Below are positions 18,726-27,900 of a DNA stretch of 64,000 bases, piece by piece (within the stretch, counting starts at the first letter, position 1; each line of letters starts with the position of its first letter). Source of the stretch: an uncultured Chloroflexia bacterium (GTDB lineage: Bacteria > Chloroflexota > Limnocylindria > Limnocylindrales > CSP1-4); contig CAVVNQ010000021.1 of NCBI GenBank assembly GCA_963749705.1, forward strand, positions 18,094-82,093, read 5' to 3'. Under the pieces are notes generated by a model, which worked only from the letters and a program-made list of their open reading frames with translations, did not search any database and was not told the origin of the DNA. The position numbers and the translations under genes are program-made.

Positions 18726-19676
18726 GTGCAGGACCGCAGGCCGCCCCACCCCGCAAACGAGCTCAACGAGCTGTCGGGCGAGGAATGGCTCTACTTCACC
18801 AAGTCGGTCTGGACCACCGCCTACCCGTCCGAGCTCGGCCACAGCCGGCGCAGGGCGCACGGCGCCAACAAGCCGCCCCGCCTGATGGCCCGCCTGATCG
18901 AGTTCTTCACGCGCAGCGGCGAGCTCGTGCTCGATCCGTTCGCGGGCGTCGGTGGCACCCTGCTGGGTGCGGCGATCGCCCGCGGACCGCGACGGGCGCT
19001 GGGCATCGAGCTCGATCCACGCTGGGCGACGATCTACGCGGACACGGTGGCATCGCTGGCCGCCGAGCGCGATGGTCTCGGGCCCCAGCTCGCGGACCTG
19101 GGAGCCAGCGACCCGGGCGGCGTTCGCTCGTTCGACCCCTCGGGGCTCGAGCTGCGCGTCGGCGACGCCCGGGCGATCCTGCCGACGCTGGAGGCCGGCT
19201 CCATCGACTTCGTGGTCACCGACCCGCCATACAACGTCCAGCTGCCGATGACGATGGCGGGCGGCAGGCTGGCCGAGGCGCACGCGAACCGGCGCACCGA
19301 CTACGCGATGGTGTCCTCGCTCGACGCCGATCTCGCGAACCTGCCCGACTACCCGGCCTTCCTCGACGCGATGTGCGACGTGCTGGGCGAGGTCCACCGG
19401 GTCCTCCGGCCCGGCCGCTACGCCGTGCTGATCGTGCGCGACGCGTACCAGGGCGGCAGGTACCTGTTCACCGCCGCGGACCTCGCGGGCCGTGCGGACT
19501 CGGTGGGGCTGGTCCCCAAGGGCGACATCGCGTGGTACCAGGCGGGGACGCGGCTGCGGCCGTACGGCTATCCGCGATCGTTCGTGCCCAACATCGCGCA
19601 CCAGCACATCCTGGTGCTGCGCAAGGCGCCCGCGACGCGGCGGTCAGCGAGGGCGGCGGGCGGGTCCGGTCGCTGA
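18726..19676 (+). CDS. N6-adenine/N4-cytosine methyltransferase family protein, no cognate restriction gene nearby
   Basis: HGANKPP (motif X), VLDPFAGVGG (motif I), TDPPY (motif IV), VLRPG, HILVLRK. GTG start chosen after -10 TACGCT; alternative start 18684. Confidence 0.85.
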   Translation: MQDRRPPHPANELNELSGEEWLYFTKSVWTTAYPSELGHSRRRAHGANKPPRLMARLIEFFTRSGELVLDPFAGVGGTLLGAAIARGPRRALGIELDPRWATIYADTVASLAAERDGLGPQLADLGASDPGGVRSFDPSGLELRVGDARAILPTLEAGSIDFVVTDPPYNVQLPMTMAGGRLAEAHANRRTDYAMVSSLDADLANLPDYPAFLDAMCDVLGEVHRVLRPGRYAVLIVRDAYQGGRYLFTAADLAGRADSVGLVPKGDIAWYQAGTRLRPYGYPRSFVPNIAHQHILVLRKAPATRRSARAAGGSGR

Positions 19677-19678
19677 GG

Positions 19679-21208
19679 TCAGGCGTCCCCGAACTGGCGG
19701 CGGTGCTCGTCGTAGGCGCGCAGCACGTCCTCGAAGCCGCCGCTTGCGGCGTCCTCGTCGCCCGACGTCCAGCTCCCCGAGCCGGAGACCGAGCTGTCGA
19801 TCACGACATCGCCGAGCGTCATCTTGTGGAGCCAGCCCTCGCGGCCGTCGGGGCACAGCACCCGCCAGTAGGTGCCACGCTTCTCGAGCAGCACGACCTC
19901 GTCGCCTTCGTCGAGCACGTCGATCTCGACCCCGCGGACCTCGTCCGGCATGTCCAGCAGGCTGACCAGCCGATACCGGATGAGCCGTCGTTCCAGCCCG
20001 CTGACGGCGTCGCCGGCCTCGCCGTCGAAGGTCAGCCGGACCGTGGTCGAGACGCTCCGCAGCGGATCGTTCTTGCGGGCCTCCATCAGCGAGGGCCGGC
20101 GCCAGCGCGGCAGGTGCTCGTCCGTCTCGACCGTCGGTGCGGACACGATCATGGCCTTGAGCGCGGCGGTTGCGCCGGCGGCCTGGGGCACAAGCCCGGA
20201 GTGCCCGCCCATGCCGTACCCGCGGCGCGCGGCCTCGGACAGCTCGTCATCGGAGCCGTTGGGCTCGCCGTCGCGGCGACGCTTCCCGAACATCATGAAG
20301 GCCATGAGCATGGTCACGCCACCCGTCGTCACCACGACCATGGGCAGGGACCGGAGCACGGTCGCCGACAGGCTCGAGGAGCCGCCGAATGCGTTCGGGA
20401 TGCTCCCGCTGCCGCCGCCGGGGCCGGAACCGTCTGGGCCGGAACCCGCGGTGTCGCCCGAGCCGGAACCGCTCGTGCCGGAACCACCGGGGATCCCCGC
20501 GGTGACCGGATCGGGGCTGGGCGACGGTGACGCGTCAGGCGCCGGGGTCGGTGCAGGTGTCGGAGTGTCCGGGCCCGCGCCCGGCTCGACGTCAACGACG
20601 GCCCCATGCGGGATGATCGGGGGGGCGGTCGCGGCCGGCGCGGTCGGCGACGGTGAAGCTGTCGCAACGGGCGCCGAGGTCGGCGCGGGTGATTCGGGCC
20701 GCGACGTCGGGGCCGGGGTCGGCTTCGCCGTCGGTGCGGGGGTCGGCTTGGGCGTCGGTGCGGGCGTCGGCTTGGGCGTCGGTGCGGGCGTGATGGTCAC
20801 CGTGTCGCCCGCGACGCTCGAGTTGAAGTTTCCCGACTTGGCCTCGAACCGCACGGCCCAGGTGCCTGCCGGCAATCGGATCGCCGTCGTGTACCTGACG
20901 CCGTTCTTCCAGGTCTCGGTCCCGGCCGTTCGCTCCATCTGGTAGGTCTTCGAGCCGACGACGACCTGCACGTACTCCGGGGCGGCGTCCTTCGAGCTGT
21001 GATAGGTGACCGCAAACGTGATCGTGGTTGCCGTCGTGCCGGAGGTCGGGGAGACCGATGGCGCCGTGAGCCCGGACGGACCCTGTCCGGCCGCGGCCGG
21101 CAGGACGGCAACGGCGACCAGCAGCGCAGCCGCGATCAGCGCCCGGGCCGGCGACCGGCCGAGGCCGCGGGTGACCGTGCGGAGGGTTCGTGAGGTGAGG
21201 TGGACCAA
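19679..21208 (-). CDS. Membrane protein: signal peptide, Ig-like domain, Pro/Thr linker, TM helix, C-terminal SH3-like domain
   Basis: (PTPK/PTPA)n linker, TM VVVTTGGVTMLMAFMMF, LDEGDEVVLLEKRGTYWRVLCPDGREGWLH. Start uncertain (21208 or 21271). Confidence 0.8.
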   Translation of the reverse strand: MVHLTSRTLRTVTRGLGRSPARALIAAALLVAVAVLPAAAGQGPSGLTAPSVSPTSGTTATTITFAVTYHSSKDAAPEYVQVVVGSKTYQMERTAGTETWKNGVRYTTAIRLPAGTWAVRFEAKSGNFNSSVAGDTVTITPAPTPKPTPAPTPKPTPAPTAKPTPAPTSRPESPAPTSAPVATASPSPTAPAATAPPIIPHGAVVDVEPGAGPDTPTPAPTPAPDASPSPSPDPVTAGIPGGSGTSGSGSGDTAGSGPDGSGPGGGSGSIPNAFGGSSSLSATVLRSLPMVVVTTGGVTMLMAFMMFGKRRRDGEPNGSDDELSEAARRGYGMGGHSGLVPQAAGATAALKAMIVSAPTVETDEHLPRWRRPSLMEARKNDPLRSVSTTVRLTFDGEAGDAVSGLERRLIRYRLVSLLDMPDEVRGVEIDVLDEGDEVVLLEKRGTYWRVLCPDGREGWLHKMTLGDVVIDSSVSGSGSWTSGDEDAASGGFEDVLRAYDEHRRQFGDA

Positions 21209-21524
21209 TGTGGCTCCCAGGCTCCCCTGTCCCCCGGCGGATTTGGGGCTTGCCTGCAGGATCGGAGTCACGCGGAGGGCGCGCTATGGTACGGGGGTCC
21301 CGGCATCGGGAGCGCCGCGGGGGGTACCGACGGCGCAGCGTGGTCGGCGGGCGCGTGCCGTCGTGGTGGCCGTCGCTGCGGGCCGGGTCGCAGATCGCGG
21401 TGCGGCGGCGCACCGTCCCGGTACCCTCCGGAGCGGTCCGGTGCGGTTGCGAGGACCCTGGCCCGTCCCGATGTAGCCCGATCGAGGCATACCCACGGGC
21501 GCGCAGGATCGCGAGGATAGGGGC

Positions 21525-22301
21525 ATGCAAGTGATCGCTGCCGCGGCGCCGGCGTCCCGCGCGGGCCGCGTCCCCGTCGTCCGCGCGGCCGTGTCCGCGA
21601 TCCTGATGGTCCTGGTGGGCGGGCTGCTCGCCTGGATCTTCGTCGCAACGCCGATGATCAGCGCGTTCACGCCGACCGGCCGCGCGACCTCGGTGCAGAT
21701 GGCGGCCGGGATCTTCGCCTGGGGGTTCGCCATCGTCGTGCCCGCGGGCTTCCTCATCCTCGGCATCGCACGCTTGTTCACGGTCGTCGAGCACGCGGCT
21801 GCCCGGCCGAGAACGCTCGCGCCGCGGCTGGCCGGCGAGCTCGGCGACGACCACGTCGCCGTGACCGACCTTCCACTCCCCGGTGGTCGCCGGATCCGGG
21901 AGCTGATCCTCGGCCCGTTCGGGGTGGTGGTCCTGGGCGACGTCCCGCCGCCCAGCGTGAGCCGGATCGTCGGGGGCCGCTGGGAGCTGCGCGGCGCGCA
22001 GGGACGCTGGATCCCGATCGAGCCACCGCTCGATGGCACGGCTCGCGACGCGGAGCGGATCCGGGGCTGGCTCTCGTCCGATGACCGGGACTTCCTGATC
22101 AAGGTGCATGCGGTCGTGGTGACCGACGACCTGCGCATCGAGCGCACTGCCGCGTGTGCGGTCGTCCGACCCGACGCGCTGGCAGGGTGGCTGGCTGCCC
22201 TGCCGGCACAGCGCGGACTGACACCGGACCGCCGGGAGCGCCTGGTGGACATGCTGCGCGCCGAGGCGGCCGGCAGCCGGGGCCGCCGCACGCGACGCTG
22301 A
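21525..22301 (+). CDS. Hypothetical membrane protein with a degenerate NERD-like domain
   Basis: Two TM helices, then DLPLPGG..I..LILGPFGVVV resembling NERD. Catalytic D/E-K residues are not evident. Confidence 0.6.
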   Translation: MQVIAAAAPASRAGRVPVVRAAVSAILMVLVGGLLAWIFVATPMISAFTPTGRATSVQMAAGIFAWGFAIVVPAGFLILGIARLFTVVEHAAARPRTLAPRLAGELGDDHVAVTDLPLPGGRRIRELILGPFGVVVLGDVPPPSVSRIVGGRWELRGAQGRWIPIEPPLDGTARDAERIRGWLSSDDRDFLIKVHAVVVTDDLRIERTAACAVVRPDALAGWLAALPAQRGLTPDRRERLVDMLRAEAAGSRGRRTRR

Positions 22302-22337
22302 TCGCCGGACCGCGCCACGCGACGCTGGCACGGGGTG

Positions 22338-22414
22338 TGGTAGGGGAGCCAGGACTCGAACCTGGAACCGGCGGGATATAAGCCCGCTGCTCTAACCGAT
22401 TGAGCTACTCCCCC
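22338..22414 (-). tRNA. tRNA-Ile (anticodon UAU)
   Basis: GGGGGAG TA GCTC AATCGGTTA GAGC A GCGGG CT-TAT-AT CCCGC CGGTT CCAGG TTCGAGT CCTGG CTCCCCT A CCA: complete cloverleaf with encoded CCA. Confidence 0.95.
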
Positions 22415-22441
22415 GCCGAAGGAACGGTGACGCGACGCGTG

Positions 22442-22759
22442 TCAGCCCGTCGTGCCGCCCTCATTGTCGCGGAACAGGCCCGTGATGGCCCGGAGGCGGA
22501 AGGGCCGCGCCCGGAGGTGCTTCGATTTGCCGTTGCCCGCACGCACCGGCTCCGAGTCACCCGCGGCATGCTCGTACCCGCGCGCAGCCATCTGGCGTGC
22601 GATCTCTCGCTCCTCGTCCGTCCGGACCGCCTCGAGCGGCAGGGCATCGGGATCGAGCGGTCGCTCGGCCTGCTGCACGGGAACGGCGGGCGGGCGTGCG
22701 TAGGCAGGAGCCCCGTAGAGCTTTGGCAGGGCGACGTGTACCTGGTCGTCGTTGGCCAC
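22442..22759 (-). CDS. Hypothetical protein
   Basis: GAGG RBS before GTG, protein-like composition (LPKLYGAPAYARPP...DPDALPL). Confidence 0.6.
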   Translation of the reverse strand: MANDDQVHVALPKLYGAPAYARPPAVPVQQAERPLDPDALPLEAVRTDEEREIARQMAARGYEHAAGDSEPVRAGNGKSKHLRARPFRLRAITGLFRDNEGGTTG

Positions 22760-22862
22760 CCGGATCCTCACTCGGCTCGGTCGGGTCGTGCACCGACCGC
22801 GACCGATGATAGCGGGCCGTCGCAACGCCTGACCGGGCGAAATTGCCGTGACCGCCCGGACG

Positions 22863-23282
22863 TCACACCAGCAACGGCTTGACCAGCTCGTGGAGGACGA
22901 CCAGGACGAGGTACGCGATCGGCACCGCGGCGAACAGGCCCAGCGCGGCGCTCCACGGCGTGCGGGTCGCGCGCCGCGTGCCGCTTCCGGTCGGCAGCGG
23001 CACCACGAGCCAGGTCACCACCGCACCCGCCACCAGGACCACCGCCACGTAGAGCGTGAGGACCAGGAGGCGGAGATCGCCCCCGGGAAGCACGGCGCCG
23101 CGATCGAGCGCGATGTCGTAGGCGAGGAAGGCCACGCCCGTCACGACCGCGACCGACAGGCTGCTGGCCACCGCCCTGACCACGGGTCGTGGGGCGCGCC
23201 GGAACTGGCGCCAGCGGATCGCGAACCACCCGCGCGGGCGTGCCGGGGCGGTCGGCATCCCGTCAGGAGATGGGTCGGTCAT
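22863..23282 (-). CDS. Hypothetical membrane protein (3 TM)
   Basis: Three hydrophobic helices, overlaps the stop of the upstream aminotransferase. Confidence 0.7.
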   Translation of the reverse strand: MTDPSPDGMPTAPARPRGWFAIRWRQFRRAPRPVVRAVASSLSVAVVTGVAFLAYDIALDRGAVLPGGDLRLLVLTLYVAVVLVAGAVVTWLVVPLPTGSGTRRATRTPWSAALGLFAAVPIAYLVLVVLHELVKPLLV

Positions 23283-24516
23283 CGCTGCCCAGGATGGTCA
23301 GGGTGCGGCGGGGCGGGATCGTGTCGGGACCGTGGCGCGCGAGCAGCTCCACGGTCTCCGCGAAGCGGCCGAGCTCCGCCTCCGTGTTCCAGAACCCGAC
23401 CGACGCCCTGATGGCGTCGATGGCCGGCACGTGGCGGATGATCGCGAACGCCCGGGAGCCCAGCTCGTCGGCGGCCTCGGCCGCGGCCCAGCCCCCGATC
23501 CGGAACGACACCAGCGTGCTCATGTTCGCGCGCGGCGTGACCAGCTCCACGCCCGGGATCGAGGCCAGGCTGGCCGCCGTCTCCGACGCCAGGCGTCCGG
23601 CCCGCTCGATCGCCCACGGCAGCCCGATCGACATCGACAGCCAGCCGCATGCCCGCGCGAAGCCGACCAGCGACGGACGATGGAACGCCGTCGCCTCGAA
23701 GCGGCGAGCGCCGGGATGGAAGGGACCGCCGGTGCCGGCATCGAACGACGCGAATGACAGCGCCCCGGCCGCGGGGGGCACGATGCCGTCGGCCAGCCCT
23801 CGGCGAACCCACAGCGCACCCATCCCGTCCGGCCCCAGCAGCCATTTCTGGGCCGGCACGGCGTACGCATCCGCACCGAGCTCGTCGAGCACGACCCGCA
23901 TCGCGCCGCCCGCCTGCGCCCCGTCCACGATGCTGGCCGCCCCGGCCGCGCGCGCCATCGCCGCCAGCCGCGCTGCGGGAAGGACGGCGCCCGTGGTCCA
24001 CAGGACGTGGCTGAACAGGATCGCGCGTGCCGGGCGCTCGAGCGCGGCGGCAATGGACGCAAGGGTCCGTTCGTCGTCGCCGCCGTCGCCGATGTCGACC
24101 TGGTCCACCTCGACCCCAAGCCGGTCGCGCAGGGCGAGCAGCGGGCCGAGCCCGCCCGGATGCTCGTGGCGGGTCGTCACGACGCGGTCGCCCGGGGACC
24201 AGGCGAGCGCGTTCAGGGACAGGTTCAGGCCGTCGGTCGTCGAGTGGGTCAGCGCGATGTCGTCCGGATCCGACACGAGCACGGCCGCAACCGAGGCCCG
24301 CGCCTCGGCCATCCGCTCGAGCGTCTCCGGCCACGCGTCGGGGTGGGCGCGGCCGATCGCAAGGTCGCGTGCCGCCTGATCGTCCATCGCCCGCTGCGCC
24401 TCGGCCGACATCGGACCGGCGGTCCCCGCGTTGAGATAGATCCCGGCACGGGTCGCGGGCAGCAGGTCGCGAATGGCGGCGACCTTCTCGGCCTCCGGCA
24501 TGAACGGGGAAACCAC
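23263..24516 (-). CDS. Class V PLP-dependent aminotransferase / C-S lyase (EgtE/CefD-like)
   Basis: YLNAGTAG, EHPG, SHVLWTTG, DGAQ, QKWLLGP, IRASVGFWNT. Confidence 0.9.
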   Translation of the reverse strand: MVSPFMPEAEKVAAIRDLLPATRAGIYLNAGTAGPMSAEAQRAMDDQAARDLAIGRAHPDAWPETLERMAEARASVAAVLVSDPDDIALTHSTTDGLNLSLNALAWSPGDRVVTTRHEHPGGLGPLLALRDRLGVEVDQVDIGDGGDDERTLASIAAALERPARAILFSHVLWTTGAVLPAARLAAMARAAGAASIVDGAQAGGAMRVVLDELGADAYAVPAQKWLLGPDGMGALWVRRGLADGIVPPAAGALSFASFDAGTGGPFHPGARRFEATAFHRPSLVGFARACGWLSMSIGLPWAIERAGRLASETAASLASIPGVELVTPRANMSTLVSFRIGGWAAAEAADELGSRAFAIIRHVPAIDAIRASVGFWNTEAELGRFAETVELLARHGPDTIPPRRTLTILGSDDRPIS

Positions 24517-24585
24517 GACCGTATGATATCGATGCCGGTCGCCGGCACCCGCATCCACACCCCGTCACGTTGTTCGGAGGCCGCC

Positions 24586-25428
24586 TTGGCCGGATACGCC
24601 CGTCCCGAGCTCCTCGCGACCCCAGACTGGCTGGCCGAGAACCTCGCGAAGCCGGACCTGCACGTCCTCGACGTCCGGTGGCGGCCCGACGGCACCGGGG
24701 CAGCCCTGCATGCGGCCGGGCATGTCCCCGGCGCGGTGTACCTGGACTGGAAGTCGGCGCTTGCGGATGTCGGCGAGGGCGGCGAGGCCCTGCTGCTGGC
24801 GTCCCCGGATCGGGTTGCGACGGCGATGTCGAACGCCGGGGTTGGCAACGGGACGTCGGTCGTCCTGTACGACGACACGCTGTCGTTCTACGCGGCCCGG
24901 GTGTGGTGGAGCCTCCGGGCCTACGGGTTCGAATCCGCGCGCGTCCTCGAGGGCGGGTTTCCCGCCTGGCGCGATGGGGGCCACACGATCACGGCGAGCA
25001 GCTCGATCGTCCGGACCGCGCCGTTCACGCCGCGGGCGCAGGCCCGGCTGCGCCTGACCACGGCTGACGTGCGGTCGCTGCTGGGCACGCCGGACGTCCT
25101 GCTGATCGATGCTCGAGGTCCGGCCGAATACCGCGGCTTCGAGGGCAACGTGCGCCGCCTCGGGCACATCCCCGGCGCCGTCAACCTGCCGGTGGCCGCC
25201 CTCCACCAGCCAGGCACCCAGCAGCTGCGCGACGCGACCGAGATCCGGGCGCTGCTGCTCAAGTCGAACGTCACGCGTGGACGGCGGCTCGTGTGCTACG
25301 ACGGTTCGGGCGTGTCGGCGGCCAAGCTCGCGTACGTGCTGACCCTGGTCGGCCACGACGACGTCGCTGTCTATGACGGGGGCTGGGCCGAGTGGGGCGA
25401 CCGGCTCGACCTGCCGGTGGACCGCTAA
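24586..25428 (+). CDS. Tandem-domain rhodanese/sulfurtransferase (SseA/TST-like) with Asp at the catalytic Cys position
   Basis: GHVPGAV, VVLYDD, LEGG, GHIPGAVNLP, CYDGSGVSAA, YDGGWAEW. GGAGG before TTG. Confidence 0.88.
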   Translation: MAGYARPELLATPDWLAENLAKPDLHVLDVRWRPDGTGAALHAAGHVPGAVYLDWKSALADVGEGGEALLLASPDRVATAMSNAGVGNGTSVVLYDDTLSFYAARVWWSLRAYGFESARVLEGGFPAWRDGGHTITASSSIVRTAPFTPRAQARLRLTTADVRSLLGTPDVLLIDARGPAEYRGFEGNVRRLGHIPGAVNLPVAALHQPGTQQLRDATEIRALLLKSNVTRGRRLVCYDGSGVSAAKLAYVLTLVGHDDVAVYDGGWAEWGDRLDLPVDR

Positions 25429-25467
25429 AGGACGGGGCCGGCGCGGGGACGGCCGGCGCGGGACGAC

Positions 25468-26070
25468 CTACCAGCCGCCGCCGGGCGGTTCGGGGGGCTG
25501 GGGCGGGACCCCCGGTCCCGGTCCGGCAGCGCTCCCCTTGTCCAGCCCGGCCCACGGATCGACCTCCTGGTGCGGCGCCAGGATCTGCGCCCGCCGATGG
25601 TTCACGGCGACGACCACTGCGGTCTGGCGGCCCTCGCCCAGGTGGTCCGACCAGAACGCTGCCTCGGTGATGGGCAGGAACCGCCCGGTCAGCTCGGTCA
25701 GTGCCGCGCGGAGGTCGCCGCCCGTCGGCAGCAGGTGGATCAGCCCGGTGACGGTGAACGGTGGCACCGAGACGATCGCCGGCTCGGCCATCTTCGGCGT
25801 CCGCAGCTCCGGTGACGGCTCGACCGACGTGTTCGCCACGGCGAACAGCACCGCCTCCAGGTTGACCTGCGCGTACGCGGACCGGATCGGCTGGCCGCGC
25901 GAGCCGAACTCCTCGACGGTGACGTCCTCGAGGATCAGGAACGAGTCGTCGGCCATGTTGAGGATGTCGGTGACCCGGTGCTGGCGGGTGCGGACCGTCC
26001 CCCGCGCGATCAGCGCATCGGTGTACAGCGTGAGCTCATATCCCTGGAGCTCCGTGAATGCCGCATACAT
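25468..26070 (-). CDS. Hypothetical protein (two repeated beta-rich subdomains)
   Basis: Internal repeat G...R..D.LN...F..../G......L......FLP.T.A, typical codon usage, GGAG-like RBS. Confidence 0.7.
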   Translation of the reverse strand: MYAAFTELQGYELTLYTDALIARGTVRTRQHRVTDILNMADDSFLILEDVTVEEFGSRGQPIRSAYAQVNLEAVLFAVANTSVEPSPELRTPKMAEPAIVSVPPFTVTGLIHLLPTGGDLRAALTELTGRFLPITEAAFWSDHLGEGRQTAVVVAVNHRRAQILAPHQEVDPWAGLDKGSAAGPGPGVPPQPPEPPGGGW

Positions 26071-26176
26071 CGGCGCGGTTCCTCCGTGCGAGCGCCCCCC
26101 GGGCGCGCAGGCGCGATCAGAGCAGCATACGTGGGCATGGCCAGCCGTCGATCCCCCATTCGGCCGTTGCCACGGG

Positions 26177-27874
26177 TCATCGCCTCCCTCGCAGGGTCAC
26201 CAGGTGCTCGGCGCCGACCTGCAGGGTCTCGTACAGGCGCGTGACCGTCGCGAGCGTGTCGATCTCGGCCGCCGGCTTGTCGGGGCGGAGGCGTGCGATC
26301 CGGGGGAACCGCAGCGCATAGCCGGACCGGTGACGAGCGGAGCGCATGATCACGTCGAACGCCACCTCGACCACCACCGTCGGTTCCACCACGCGGTACC
26401 GGCCGTGGACGCTGATCGTGTGCGCCTCGAACCATCGGGTCATGTCTGCGATCTCCGCGTCGGTCAGGCCGCTGTACGCCTTGCCGATCGTCACCAGGCT
26501 CCCCGTGGCGTCATCGCGGACGGCAAAGGTGTAGTCGGACAGCACGCCGTGGCGCTTGCCGTGCCCGACCTCGACCCCGACCACCACGCAGTCGAGCGTG
26601 GCGAGCGCCTTCTTCATCTTGAGCCAGCCCAGCCCGCGGCGGCCCGGCGTGTACCGGCTGTCCGGATCCTTGACCATCAGCCCCTCGTTGCGACGGGCCC
26701 GCGCCGCGGCGAACGCGTCCTCCAGCCCCTCCGCCGACGCCACCTCGACCAGGTAGCTGAGCGCGAACCGGCCGCCGTCGGCGGCCGCGGGCAGGTCCAG
26801 GGTCTCGAGCCGGCGCCGCCGGTCCCGCAGCGGGATGTCGAGGAGCGACCGGACGATGCCGTCGGAACCGTCATCGAGCCCGATCGCATCCCAGGCGACG
26901 TAGATCACCGGGATCTCGTCACGGATCGCCGCCGACGGGCGCTTGCGGCCGAGCCGTGCCTGGAGCTGGAGGAAGGGCAGGACGGTGCCGTCCTTCCAGG
27001 CCAGGATCTCGCCGTCGAGGATCCCGGACCATGACAGCCCCGCGGCACCCTCGACCACCTCGGGGAACTGGTCGCTGATGTCGTTCAGGTCGCGCGAGTA
27101 GATCCGCGCCCGGTCGGGTGTGCGATGGAGCTGGGCGCGGATCCCGTCGTACTTGTCCTCCACCCACACGGTGGGTCCCAGGCGGGCCATGATCTCGGCC
27201 GCGTCCTCGGCCGGCGATGCGAGCATGAACCGGAGGGGGTTGAACAGCGCCAGCGCCGCGTCGGCCAGGCGGTCCTCGCTTGCAAGCAGCGCGGTCTGGC
27301 CCACATCCCCGGTGAGCATCCCGGCCCGCTTGACGGCCTCCAGCGGACGGTCGAACGCCTTCGCGATCGCTGCCTCGAGCAGGCCCTCGCGAAGCCCGAT
27401 CCTGAGCTCACCCGTGAGCACCTTGACGATGCCCGCGGCGGTTGCCGGTGACGAGCGGGCGAGGAGCGACTCGAGGATCGCCGCCTTGGCTGCCGGGCCC
27501 GACGCCACCTCGATCGCCTCGAACGCCGCGAGCACGTCGGCGAGCGTCGGCTCCAGCTCCGGGTCCGGGGCACGGCCGGCCTCGGCGAGCACGTCGGCGA
27601 CAGCGGTGGACAGGTCCGATGATCGATCGTAGGCGCGACGAAGCGCATCCCCGTCGGCGTCCGCGACCCGGAGCACGGCGGCGGACAGCCCGGCCCAGCC
27701 GATCCCGACCGTCCGCTGATCGGCCTCGGCAAACGGACGGCCGGTCAGGAACCGCGCCGCAATGGGCAGCTCGTCCGGTGGCAGGCCGGCCAGGTAGCCG
27801 GCCAGGATCGAGGTCTTCTCGGACGTCTTCGTCGTCCCGGCGACCCGTTGTGCGATCTCGCTCCAGCGGCGCAT
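26177..27874 (-). CDS. ligB: ATP-dependent DNA ligase (LigB type)
   Basis: EDKYDGIRAQLH, LDGEI, EGLMVKD...Y.PGRRG..WLKMK, LRFPR..R.DK. Confidence 0.93.
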   Translation of the reverse strand: MRRWSEIAQRVAGTTKTSEKTSILAGYLAGLPPDELPIAARFLTGRPFAEADQRTVGIGWAGLSAAVLRVADADGDALRRAYDRSSDLSTAVADVLAEAGRAPDPELEPTLADVLAAFEAIEVASGPAAKAAILESLLARSSPATAAGIVKVLTGELRIGLREGLLEAAIAKAFDRPLEAVKRAGMLTGDVGQTALLASEDRLADAALALFNPLRFMLASPAEDAAEIMARLGPTVWVEDKYDGIRAQLHRTPDRARIYSRDLNDISDQFPEVVEGAAGLSWSGILDGEILAWKDGTVLPFLQLQARLGRKRPSAAIRDEIPVIYVAWDAIGLDDGSDGIVRSLLDIPLRDRRRRLETLDLPAAADGGRFALSYLVEVASAEGLEDAFAAARARRNEGLMVKDPDSRYTPGRRGLGWLKMKKALATLDCVVVGVEVGHGKRHGVLSDYTFAVRDDATGSLVTIGKAYSGLTDAEIADMTRWFEAHTISVHGRYRVVEPTVVVEVAFDVIMRSARHRSGYALRFPRIARLRPDKPAAEIDTLATVTRLYETLQVGAEHLVTLRGRR

Positions 27875-27900
27875 GCGGGCGATGGTATAGGGTGTCCGCG

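Noticed and set aside
20700-20790. 24-bp tandem repeats inside the SH3 protein gene
   Set aside because: They simply encode the PTPKPTPA linker.
22300-22450. tRNA as an integration site for an island or prophage
   Set aside because: There is no integrase, no duplicated tRNA 3' end and no compositional shift in the flanks.
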